Below are positions 1 to 7,262 of a stretch of 12,305 nt of DNA, in pieces (position 1 is the stretch's first letter; every line of letters begins with the position of its first letter). Position numbers and translations under genes: made by a program. The stretch spans positions 1 to 12,305 of the forward strand of contig JAHLVW010000004.1 in NCBI GenBank assembly GCA_019058275.1, in the 5' to 3' direction. The notes below the pieces were generated by a model that was not told where the DNA came from, made no database searches, and was given only the letters and a program-made list of their open reading frames with translations. The DNA comes from Candidatus Heimdallarchaeota archaeon. GTDB taxonomy: Archaea > Asgardarchaeota > Heimdallarchaeia > JABLTI01.

Positions 1-93
1 CTGCAAAATGAATTACAGAAAGATCATCAATTCTCTGATGAAGAAATGCTTTTCTTAACACTCTTACTGGTCTACATTAACAAATGCTTCTAG
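1..93 (+). CDS. 3' end of a hypothetical protein (truncated by window)
   Basis: Frame 1 is open from base 1 (LQNELQKDHQFSDEEMLFLTLLLVYINKCF) to TAG at 91-93. Confidence 0.35.
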   Translation: MQNELQKDHQFSDEEMLFLTLLLVYINKCF

Positions 94-234
94 CTGCAGG
101 ATGTGTTATTATCTTTTGCTTGAGTAGATTGTGATAAATTGTTGTATAAACTAAAAAGATTAAGACGAAAAAGTTGAGACAAAAACTCGATCCTGAGGTG
201 TTGCAGATCATAGAAGAAACTCTTGGTGCTGGTG

Positions 235-375
235 ATGGCTCGCAAGAAGAAAAAGATTCCACAGCAGCAGCTCAGTAGACGTTGCAAAGTTGATGATTCA
301 TTTCTCAAAAGCTTACCTACCTGGCAGAGAGATCTAGTCATCAAGTCTCGAGAGAACCTGGAAGAAACTGCTTGA
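235..375 (+). CDS. small basic hypothetical protein, 46 aa (not in ORF track)
   Basis: ATG at 235 preceded by GGTGCTGGTG; MARKKKKIPQQQLSRRCKVDDSFLKSLPTWQRDLVIKSRENLEETA, TGA at 373-375. Confidence 0.5.
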   Translation: MARKKKKIPQQQLSRRCKVDDSFLKSLPTWQRDLVIKSRENLEETA

Positions 376-755
376 GTAATTTAAATAGTAAATTCTCTAT
401 GTACTAATCATGGCACACTAGGGATACAGAAGGAAAACAGTGAGACTGGGGAAGTTGCCCGAAAGCAATTCCTGATCCCTCAGCGATCAAATGTCGAGTA
501 TAAGCGGAACCAATGTATCTGGGATCTGCTTTCTGATGGAGCATCCCGACACTACTTCTAATAGTTTCAATGAACTCTCGAGCATTTTTTCTTTTAGGAA
601 CAGATCCTATTTTTACAGGCCCTTTCTCCAAAAAGGCAATCGAAGTATTGCTGCACAAACCTCAATCAATTTCATCCTGGATCAGAAAGGGCATCCAGGA
701 ATAACTTTACAAGGAATTGTTATATGCAGGAGCAACTATTGTTTTTTGATGGAAA

Positions 756-1274
756 ATGGGATTATCCAATAGTGATTATATTGCTATTTCTGCAATAGTC
801 TTATCGTTTGCTACTTTTATTTTTACATATTATCGTACCAAGAAGATAGGACCTAAAATAGAGCTTTTTGGTCCTGAATTTGATAATGATGGTTTAATTC
901 AAGATGATAGACTTTTCTTTATAAGTTTTAATATTTATGGAGAAAATCTTGGCGATAAAACAACCGAATTGATCGTTGATCCTAAAATAATTGCCTATGA
1001 TGCAAATGATACTGCATTATGCTCTAATGAAGATGTAACACTTTATCAATACAATTATAAGAAATCTATTGGCATACCTACCACTAAACCTCTAATATTA
1101 ACCTTTGATTTCAATCTACCATTACCAGCTCAACCATGGAAAAGTGCCAAAATTAAATTTAATGCTTATTACTATAAACGAAAACGATTTGCTAAATTCT
1201 ATGAAATAAGAAAAAAGAATGTAAGGAAAAAAGTCTACTTAAAAAGAGATGAGTTTACAATTTTTAAAAAATAA
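756..1274 (+). CDS. N-terminally membrane-anchored hypothetical protein, probable beta-sandwich domain; paralog of 4826..5356
   Basis: Hydrophobic helix IAISAIVLSFATFIFTYY followed by basic residues; alternating beta-strand pattern; shared motif F-x-F-x-x-PL-x-A-x-x-WK-x-AKI-x-F. Confidence 0.8.
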   Translation: MGLSNSDYIAISAIVLSFATFIFTYYRTKKIGPKIELFGPEFDNDGLIQDDRLFFISFNIYGENLGDKTTELIVDPKIIAYDANDTALCSNEDVTLYQYNYKKSIGIPTTKPLILTFDFNLPLPAQPWKSAKIKFNAYYYKRKRFAKFYEIRKKNVRKKVYLKRDEFTIFKK

Positions 1275-1275
1275 T

Positions 1276-1380
1276 TTAAATTCTATTCATCATTTCTTTT
1301 GGTGTTAGATGAACACAAACTGGTTCTTCAGGATGGCATTTTTGAGAGCAACCTGCAGCTATGATAAGGATTGATATCAT
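1276..1380 (-). pseudogene. junction repeat R1 copy A: remnant of a small Cys-rich peptide gene
   Basis: Minus strand reads ...GCSQKCHPEEPVCVHLTPKEMMNRI*; 1315-1339 matches 2792-2816 at 21/25 and 9146-9170 at 19/25. Confidence 0.55.
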
Positions 1381-1384
1381 ATTT
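1357..1384. promoter_or_regulatory. degenerate 11-6-11 inverted repeat, related to 5349..5376
   Basis: AGCTATGATAA-GGATTG-ATATCATATTT; reverse complement of 1360-1382 matches 5351-5373 at 19/23. Confidence 0.35.
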
Positions 1385-1465
1385 CTTTATTAAAACAAAT
1401 CAGCATCTGTTTAACAACATTTGTTTTTAAGGAAATTATTAATAATAACAGAGTAATTTAATTAT

Positions 1466-2521
1466 ATGGGAAAGGAAATGGCTAAAAAACGTGATGATAA
1501 AAAACTCTCTTTAGTTGAAAAAATGAAAATTATATCTGATTTTCCGGAAGAATTTGATATAATAAAAATTCCAACGATAATGGCTTGTTTATATCCTCCA
1601 ATTGAATTAAAGAGAAATAAAGCAAAAAAAACTTCAGATGATATGTTTGATAAAAACCTAAAATTAGTAGAAGGAGAAGTTGTTCAAATTGCTGGACAGG
1701 AATTTAGCACTCATAGTGGTTTCTTGGTAATTCATAATACTTCTTTAGATCAAGCATTAATTCATTTCAACAATGTCGCGATTCTCTTTAATTTGATAGA
1801 AATACCTATTTCATTCTTCAAAAAATATGATTTAATAATTCCATCGATAGATAAAGAAGGAAGAACAGAATTATTTAGTAAATCAAAAATATCACTTGAG
1901 AAATTTTCTTCATTAGACACAGTAAAAACTACAAAAAAGGAACTTGATAAGATATTCGCAAGTTGCTCAATTATTTGGGATGCAATTCAGGAAAATGATT
2001 TTTTGAAAAAATCACAACCATACGAATTTTTAGCTCGAGGAAACATGGAACTGATAAATCAAAACTATCGGGTATCATTTATGCATTCTTGGATTTTTAT
2101 AGAAGCATTATTAAGAAATCAGTGGGAAAAATTAGTGGAAGAGAAGCATAAGGAAATGAAAATACCTGATAATTTAAAGGACCTTATTGAAGATTTTAAT
2201 CTAAAGAAACATCGAGAAGGTCTTATTGGCGATGTAAGATCATGGTCAATAGGAGTTATATTGGAAATTCTATATCTTGATGGAATAATAAGTGATCAGT
2301 TTTTAGCTATTTTAATTCTTCTGAAACAAAAAAGAAATGATATTTTCCATTTCAAAAAAAGTAAAGTAAAAAGAATAATTGATGAAACAACAGCAATTAA
2401 AGCATTGATAACTGGAAGAACTTTACTGTTTCTTGAATGTGGTATAGATTTAAGTCTTATAGAGAAAATAACCTTTTCGAAAATAAGTTTACAGATAAAT
2501 CAAATTTTACATGGTTATTAG
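1466..2521 (+). CDS. HEPN-domain protein (ApeA-like architecture), putative defence RNase
   Basis: C-terminal RX4H motif (KRNDIFH), preceded by HEPN-type helices (YRVSFMHSWIFIEALL); ~180 aa uncharacterised N-terminal domain. Confidence 0.75.
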   Translation: MGKEMAKKRDDKKLSLVEKMKIISDFPEEFDIIKIPTIMACLYPPIELKRNKAKKTSDDMFDKNLKLVEGEVVQIAGQEFSTHSGFLVIHNTSLDQALIHFNNVAILFNLIEIPISFFKKYDLIIPSIDKEGRTELFSKSKISLEKFSSLDTVKTTKKELDKIFASCSIIWDAIQENDFLKKSQPYEFLARGNMELINQNYRVSFMHSWIFIEALLRNQWEKLVEEKHKEMKIPDNLKDLIEDFNLKKHREGLIGDVRSWSIGVILEILYLDGIISDQFLAILILLKQKRNDIFHFKKSKVKRIIDETTAIKALITGRTLLFLECGIDLSLIEKITFSKISLQINQILHGY

Positions 2522-2600
2522 TAGAATTTTCCTTAGCAATCTTTATTTAATTGCTTGATGTTTAGTACCCAGTTTGAAATAAGGAAAACTGGTGGTGATT

Positions 2601-2750
2601 TTGATAGAGGGTAATAATTTTATTGAAAAATTAAATAATTTACAAAAAATTGGTTGGGTAAAATCAAGAAGGAGAGGAAATACTGGGATAGGCAAAACCT
2701 TAGAAGATTTTCTTGAATCCCTGAAAACAATAAAAAAATCCCTGATTTAA
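2601..2750 (+). pseudogene. truncated, frameshifted MvaI/BcnI-family restriction endonuclease (N-terminus only)
   Basis: RBS GGTGGTGA, TTG at 2601; FIEKLNNLQKIGWVKSRRRGNTGIGKTLEDFL, then after restoring one base near 2715, (G)IPENNKKIPDL; matches the family pattern GW..S.R.G.TG.GKTLE..LGI.ENN...PD; the downstream E-x-K catalytic part is missing. Confidence 0.8.
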
Positions 2751-2773
2751 AAATCAATAATATACTATCATTC

Positions 2774-2926
2774 TCATTGTACTGGATTACTACAACCTGG
2801 TTTATCAGGATGCCATACTATTTTTCCTGGGCAACAAATAAGCTTGCCTTCCAATTCCCTGATATTTTTACAGAAAACTTTAGTTTTGGTATTGTCTTTC
2901 TCGAAAGAGCATTTATTACTAATCAA
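2774..2926 (-). CDS. small Cys-rich protein, 50 aa (junction repeat R1 copy B, apparently intact; not in ORF track)
   Basis: TTG at 2926, TGA at 2774-2776; MISNKCSFEKDNTKTKVFCKNIRELEGKLICCPGKIVWHPDKPGCSNPVQ; C-terminal motif recurs in two other spacers. Confidence 0.55.
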   Translation of the reverse strand: MISNKCSFEKDNTKTKVFCKNIRELEGKLICCPGKIVWHPDKPGCSNPVQ

Positions 2927-2968
2927 TGTAAAGTTTGTAAAATAAAATAGTATTATTGAAATTAGTTA

Positions 2969-3859
2969 TTACCAATCAAAATCTTCAGGTTCAGGTATTA
3001 AATAATTCAAACTTAATTGAGGATCATTTGGTGGAGCTACAACCATCCATTGAAAAATTTTACTCCAATCACTTAAATTCTGATTTTGATAGTATTGAAC
3101 AAAACTAGGATTATAACTTAAAGGATTTATAGATTGAGGTTCTACACAAAACCATTCATATGAACCATTTCCAAATCGCCATAATGGTCCCCAATAAACA
3201 CTAAACTCTTTTGGTAACTTTATCCATAGAAACATATGAGACGAATTCGAATATGGCTCGATTCCTTCAACAGCTTTAGTGTAATCAACAACTCCTAAAA
3301 CTGTATCAAATCCTGAAAATTCAAATAATGTACTAGTAAAAGTTGAGAATTCTTGACAATCACCCATACAATAAAGAGCTGTTTCTAAGGGTGAACGAAT
3401 AAGTGTTATATTTTCATCGAGGTTTTCAACCCATGTTTCATCTTCGATATATTTTAGGTTTAGAGTAATGTTTTCATGTAGATCATTATAATGTGTATTT
3501 TTAGTCCATATTTTAGACCATATTGGGTGGTTTGAGAAAGTAAAATTCACCCACTCCATGGTATGTTGTAAATCTATATTTTTCAAATCCTTAATATTAT
3601 AATAGATAAAGGGATTATATTGACATGAATCATGAAGTACCAAATCTACATAGAATTGGCTTTGATTTACTACGTTTTGATAATTTTTTCTTAAGATATT
3701 ATAAAAATTTGACAATTGGACATCATATGAAGCATTTGACATTGAATAATTAAATTGATTATATTTGATACTAATAATCACACTTCCAACGATAATTCCA
3801 ATTAAAAAAAGACAATTAAAAATTAAAAACACTATATTCCAAAAATTAGATTTCTTCAT
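2969..3859 (-). CDS. membrane-anchored transglutaminase-like (papain-fold) cysteine protease superfamily protein
   Basis: SPLETALYCMGDCQEF (P.ET....GDC motif), SHMFLWI (His), WFCVEP (acidic triad residue); N-terminal TM helix. Start moved from GTG 3871 to ATG 3859 because AGGTGA at 3868-3873 is the likely RBS. Confidence 0.8.
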   Translation of the reverse strand: MKKSNFWNIVFLIFNCLFLIGIIVGSVIISIKYNQFNYSMSNASYDVQLSNFYNILRKNYQNVVNQSQFYVDLVLHDSCQYNPFIYYNIKDLKNIDLQHTMEWVNFTFSNHPIWSKIWTKNTHYNDLHENITLNLKYIEDETWVENLDENITLIRSPLETALYCMGDCQEFSTFTSTLFEFSGFDTVLGVVDYTKAVEGIEPYSNSSHMFLWIKLPKEFSVYWGPLWRFGNGSYEWFCVEPQSINPLSYNPSFVQYYQNQNLSDWSKIFQWMVVAPPNDPQLSLNYLIPEPEDFDW

Positions 3860-3915
3860 TAATATACTCACCTTTTCTTTTTATTAATTTATCTTAATTT
3901 CCATTTAAATAACTT

Positions 3916-3958
3916 TCATTTTATTCACGTTGTTTTTCTTTTAAATTTATCAACGGAA
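3916..3958 (+). repeat. intergenic repeat R2 copy 1
   Basis: TCATTTTATTCACGTTGTTTTTCTTTTAAATTTATCAACGGAA aligns with 6034-6080 with short gaps. Confidence 0.55.
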
Positions 3959-4060
3959 TTTTTATTTCCTAGTTAGAAAACCAAAAATTTTTTATTTTTA
4001 AAAATAAAAAAGTAATTAACATGAATTTTTCTTTGAAAAGGAATAAACAAGGTGTAAAGT

Positions 4061-4690
4061 TTGTCAGAGAAATTGACACAAAGGAATAAGAAAATCATTT
4101 TTGGCGGTCTGATTTGTATTTTTTTAATCATTTCAGTAACAATAAATGTAAAGATTTTTGTTTATGAAAACAATAATCGTTCAAAAACTCACTTCTCCAT
4201 AGTACCCGCAAATGATGATAATGCCTTTCACACATATCGTAATCTCACAAAAGGTGAAAGATTTTATTATGAAATTTTTATTTATGGAGAAAATGTTAGT
4301 GATTTATCAATTTTCTTGGTAACTGATGATATTTATTTCAATGTACCAAGAACCAGTTTACATGATGATTGTGTATATTACGATTACCATGGGATAATTA
4401 TTCGATATCCTACTGATTTTAGAACAGAATCCGGAGAGGTTAAGATACCAATTGAAGCAGATTATTTAATTATTCTAATTAATCAAGAAGATGAAGATCT
4501 TGAAGTAGAATTCTTTTATCAAACGGCTTCGAGATTTTATACATTTTCCAAGATAACAAATAATATATTTATTTCAATAGCTGCTTTACTACTTCCAGTT
4601 ATAACAGTCTATCTTGCATACATCGAAATTTCAAAGAAAGATGAGAAATCTATTGTAGAACAGAAAGAGAAACAACCAATCCAACCTTGA
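4061..4690 (+). CDS. membrane protein with N- and C-terminal TM helices around a beta-sandwich (GOLD/p24-like) domain
   Basis: RBS AAGGTG, TTG start; TM IIFGGLICIFLIISVTI and IFISIAALLLPVITVYLAYI; LTKGERFYYEIFI...LSIFLVT...SGEVKIPIEADYLIILIN pattern resembles archaeal GOLD-like domains. Confidence 0.7.
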   Translation: MSEKLTQRNKKIIFGGLICIFLIISVTINVKIFVYENNNRSKTHFSIVPANDDNAFHTYRNLTKGERFYYEIFIYGENVSDLSIFLVTDDIYFNVPRTSLHDDCVYYDYHGIIIRYPTDFRTESGEVKIPIEADYLIILINQEDEDLEVEFFYQTASRFYTFSKITNNIFISIAALLLPVITVYLAYIEISKKDEKSIVEQKEKQPIQP

Positions 4691-4710
4691 ATAATTATTC
4701 TCCCCCTTTC

Positions 4711-4746
4711 TTTTTTTTTCTAAATATATCAATAGAAAAGCTTCAG
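4711..4746 (+). repeat. intergenic repeat R2 copy 2, starting with an oligo-T tract (likely terminator)
   Basis: 4718-4739 TTCTAAATATATCAATAGAAAA matches 6061-6082 at 20/22; both are followed by TTCAGT. Confidence 0.6.
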
Positions 4747-4825
4747 TTTTATTTTTTGTCAGAGAAAGTATTAAGTATCTATTTGAGTAAATACTCTTTG
4801 AAAATTTCATGGGCGTTAATTAAAT

Positions 4826-5356
4826 ATGGTTGATTGGAATAGTGTATGGTTATTTATCAGAGATAATGGATTAATTGCTATTGTTATTAGTATTCTTACT
4901 CTAATAGCAGTAATAATTGATAAATTACGTCAAAGAAGAAAGAAACCTAACTTCAAACATTACTCGTATGAGTTAAGCTCTTCAGGAGAAGCTTCACCTG
5001 ATGTTCCTATAGATGCTGATAAAGATGCAAGATTCTGTAAAATAAATATACTTCATGTAAGAGGAAATAAAGGAGACATTGATGCAAGATTTGAATATTC
5101 TGCAACAATCAAATTATTGAACACTCTTGATAAAGACAACAATCCATTTAAGCAAAAAACAATTGAAGTTTTCGAGGGTGACTTGCTAGCAGATGTTCCT
5201 CCATCACCAAAAAGATTTGTTTTTAAATTTCCACTTGAAGCTGAAAAATGGAAAAAAGCCAAAATCCGATTTCATGGAACAATTTCTTACAAAAATTCAG
5301 TAAAGGAATTTAGAACAAGATGGTATAAAATAGAAAACACCTTTAACATTATATGA
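4826..5356 (+). CDS. N-terminally membrane-anchored hypothetical protein; paralog of 756..1274
   Basis: TM LIAIVISILTLIAVII followed by RQRRKKP; FVFKFPLEAEKWKKAKIRF motif; AAAGTATTAAG TATA-like element at 4765-4775. Confidence 0.8.
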   Translation: MVDWNSVWLFIRDNGLIAIVISILTLIAVIIDKLRQRRKKPNFKHYSYELSSSGEASPDVPIDADKDARFCKINILHVRGNKGDIDARFEYSATIKLLNTLDKDNNPFKQKTIEVFEGDLLADVPPSPKRFVFKFPLEAEKWKKAKIRFHGTISYKNSVKEFRTRWYKIENTFNII

Positions 5357-5376
5357 TAATATGCCTTATCATATAA
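5349..5376. promoter_or_regulatory. perfect 11-6-11 inverted repeat, dif-like site or operator
   Basis: TTATATGATAA-TATGCC-TTATCATATAA, overlapping the stop codon of 4826..5356. Confidence 0.55.
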
Positions 5377-5452
5377 CATGAAATCTGCAAAAATGTTATA
5401 AAATTAATCAGACATTACAAATTCATTTAAGATTGGCGAAGTAGGTGTATTT

Positions 5453-6010
5453 ATGTCTTGGGAAGGATTCTTAACAAATTTCTTTAGTGAATTATTAGCA
5501 ACAATAATAGGTTTGGCTCTAGGTATTCCAATAGGTATTTGGCTTAATCGTAAATTTGAGGTTTGGAAAAAAAAACAAGAAGAACAAAAGGAAATTGAAT
5601 TACTACAAAAAGAGAAAAGAACAGTCTTAGAAAGTCTAAAAAATGAATTTGAGAGAAATATTAAACTTTTGAAACAAATAGAAAAGAAAGTAAGAAATAG
5701 GGTTATTCTTGGTCATCTTGATTTAAGTGAATGGAAAGCAATTTCTTTAAAAAGTACTAACCTCATAGATAATTATACATTACAAAAGGCACTTGATAGA
5801 GTCTATTATGAATATGAACATTTGCAAAGAAAAATAAATAAACACTTTGACTTCTATTTTAGTACAGCCCAAACACTATCCAATTTTAAAGATGATTTTG
5901 CAAAATTAAATAATTCAATTTATGATCAAATTAATTCTTTTTTGTTAGAACTAAGTGAAAAAACTCTTGATTTTATTAAACTAGAATTAGAAGTATTAAA
6001 TGAAAAATAA
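5453..6010 (+). CDS. hypothetical protein: N-terminal TM helix, coiled coil, helical domain
   Basis: RBS AGGTG; LLATIIGLALGIPIGIWL hydrophobic helix, then K/E-rich heptads. Confidence 0.8.
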   Translation: MSWEGFLTNFFSELLATIIGLALGIPIGIWLNRKFEVWKKKQEEQKEIELLQKEKRTVLESLKNEFERNIKLLKQIEKKVRNRVILGHLDLSEWKAISLKSTNLIDNYTLQKALDRVYYEYEHLQRKINKHFDFYFSTAQTLSNFKDDFAKLNNSIYDQINSFLLELSEKTLDFIKLELEVLNEK

Positions 6011-6033
6011 GTAATTTCCCTATTTTTTATTTG

Positions 6034-6094
6034 TCATTTTATACTCATAGTTGTTTTTCCTTCTAAATATACCAACAGAAAAAATACTTTCAGT
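6034..6094 (+). repeat. intergenic repeat R2 copy 3
   Basis: Longest copy; 5' part matches 3916-3958, 3' part matches 4718-4746. Confidence 0.6.
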
Positions 6095-6267
6095 AAACTA
6101 GCTCTCTGATGCTTTCGTTTAAATAGTTTCAAAACAACTTCTTGCTGAAGAGGTTTCATCCATGTCTAAAGCATTAGAACTAATCCTCTTGATTTGGTAT
6201 CTCAAGTAGTTCCTTTTAAGACTTTTTAATCATATTTTTTCTTAACAAATAGATTACCCTATAATGA

Positions 6268-6936
6268 TTATAAACCCAACATCCAAACTACATATCCATC
6301 TACATCTCTAAAATCAGATAAGAAATTTTTATCATTTCTAAATTTGACAAAGAACTCTCTTTCATTTAAATAATCAATTAATTTATGCGAAAATTTCCTT
6401 TGATAGTAATCACCAATAACTTTTCTAGACTTACTATTAACAATTGGAAAAGCAATTGGATGAATACAATACAAAATTGGAGAAATAAAAGCTGATTGTA
6501 ATTTTGGTATATTGTAATCAGCAAATTTTTCGAGAGCCATAAGAAGAGTTTCTATATTTTCACTTTTAGTAAATACTAGTGTTTGTAATAAATTCCTAAA
6601 AGCAAGTAAATATTCCTTATTGTTAAAAACATCGCTAAATTCTTGCTTGGGCAAACCCCAACAACCGACATCACTAGAAATCAGTGAAAGTATTTCTTTT
6701 TTTGAAACAGGATTAATATCCAAAAGAGTAATTTTTTCTATTTTTTTAGCTGGACCAATTGTTTTACCATGAGCGGTCATAGCAATTATAACATTAAAAT
6801 CATTAACAGAAAAATTATCTTTTCGAATTAAAATACTCTCAATTACTTTTCTAACAATTTTTCTTGTAATTGTACCTTGATTTATCCGCCATATTCTTTC
6901 ATAACTGTTTTTATAATCATAAATTTCCTTTTCCAT
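6268..6936 (-). CDS. stand-alone HhH/glycosylase-like domain of the type often fused to McrB-like or other restriction nucleases
   Basis: RBS GAGGA; IPKLQSAFISPILYCIHPIAFPIVN and terminal FRDVDGYVVW motifs. Confidence 0.6.
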   Translation of the reverse strand: MEKEIYDYKNSYERIWRINQGTITRKIVRKVIESILIRKDNFSVNDFNVIIAMTAHGKTIGPAKKIEKITLLDINPVSKKEILSLISSDVGCWGLPKQEFSDVFNNKEYLLAFRNLLQTLVFTKSENIETLLMALEKFADYNIPKLQSAFISPILYCIHPIAFPIVNSKSRKVIGDYYQRKFSHKLIDYLNEREFFVKFRNDKNFLSDFRDVDGYVVWMLGL

Positions 6937-7262
6937 TTTTATTCCTCAATTTGACATTCTTTAACCTTCATTCATCCCCATATAATTAGAATATTGCTAA
7001 GTTAATTGATTGATAAGTTTTATTGAAAAATATTTCTATCAAAACTACCAAAGAACAAGCTGGGTAGTTATTTGTGTTATAAGATGGAAGAAATAAGTCA
7101 GATTTCTATGAAAATATTGTTGTTTATATGGTTGCTAATAATGTAAAGATTAATCCAATTAATGGTACTATATTTTTTCTTATTCTTTGTTTCTTCTTAT
7201 CGAAATGTATTAATAGTAATTCGCAAAGATTTTATTAGAAATATGAATGGTAGGGGTTTTTT

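Noticed and set aside
90-344. Minus-strand ORFs 77..262 and 90..344
   Set aside because: They overlap a better-supported plus-strand ORF (235..375) and have no clear RBS or recognisable domain; only the tail of 77..262 is kept as a weak R1 candidate
404-772. Overlapping ORFs 404..658 (-) and 491..772 (+)
   Set aside because: Mutually overlapping, atypical composition, no motif or clear RBS
1348-1380. Lipobox-like MISILIIAAGC at the start of R1 copy A
   Set aside because: Too short for a signal peptide, absent from the other copies, and probably produced by a frameshift
5053-5262. 69-aa minus-strand ORF
   Set aside because: Antisense shadow inside 4826..5356
5372-5400. Inverted repeat TATAACAT-N13-ATGTTATA
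   Set aside because: AT-rich 8-bp arms, single occurrence, overlaps the stronger 11-6-11 site; not distinguishable from chance
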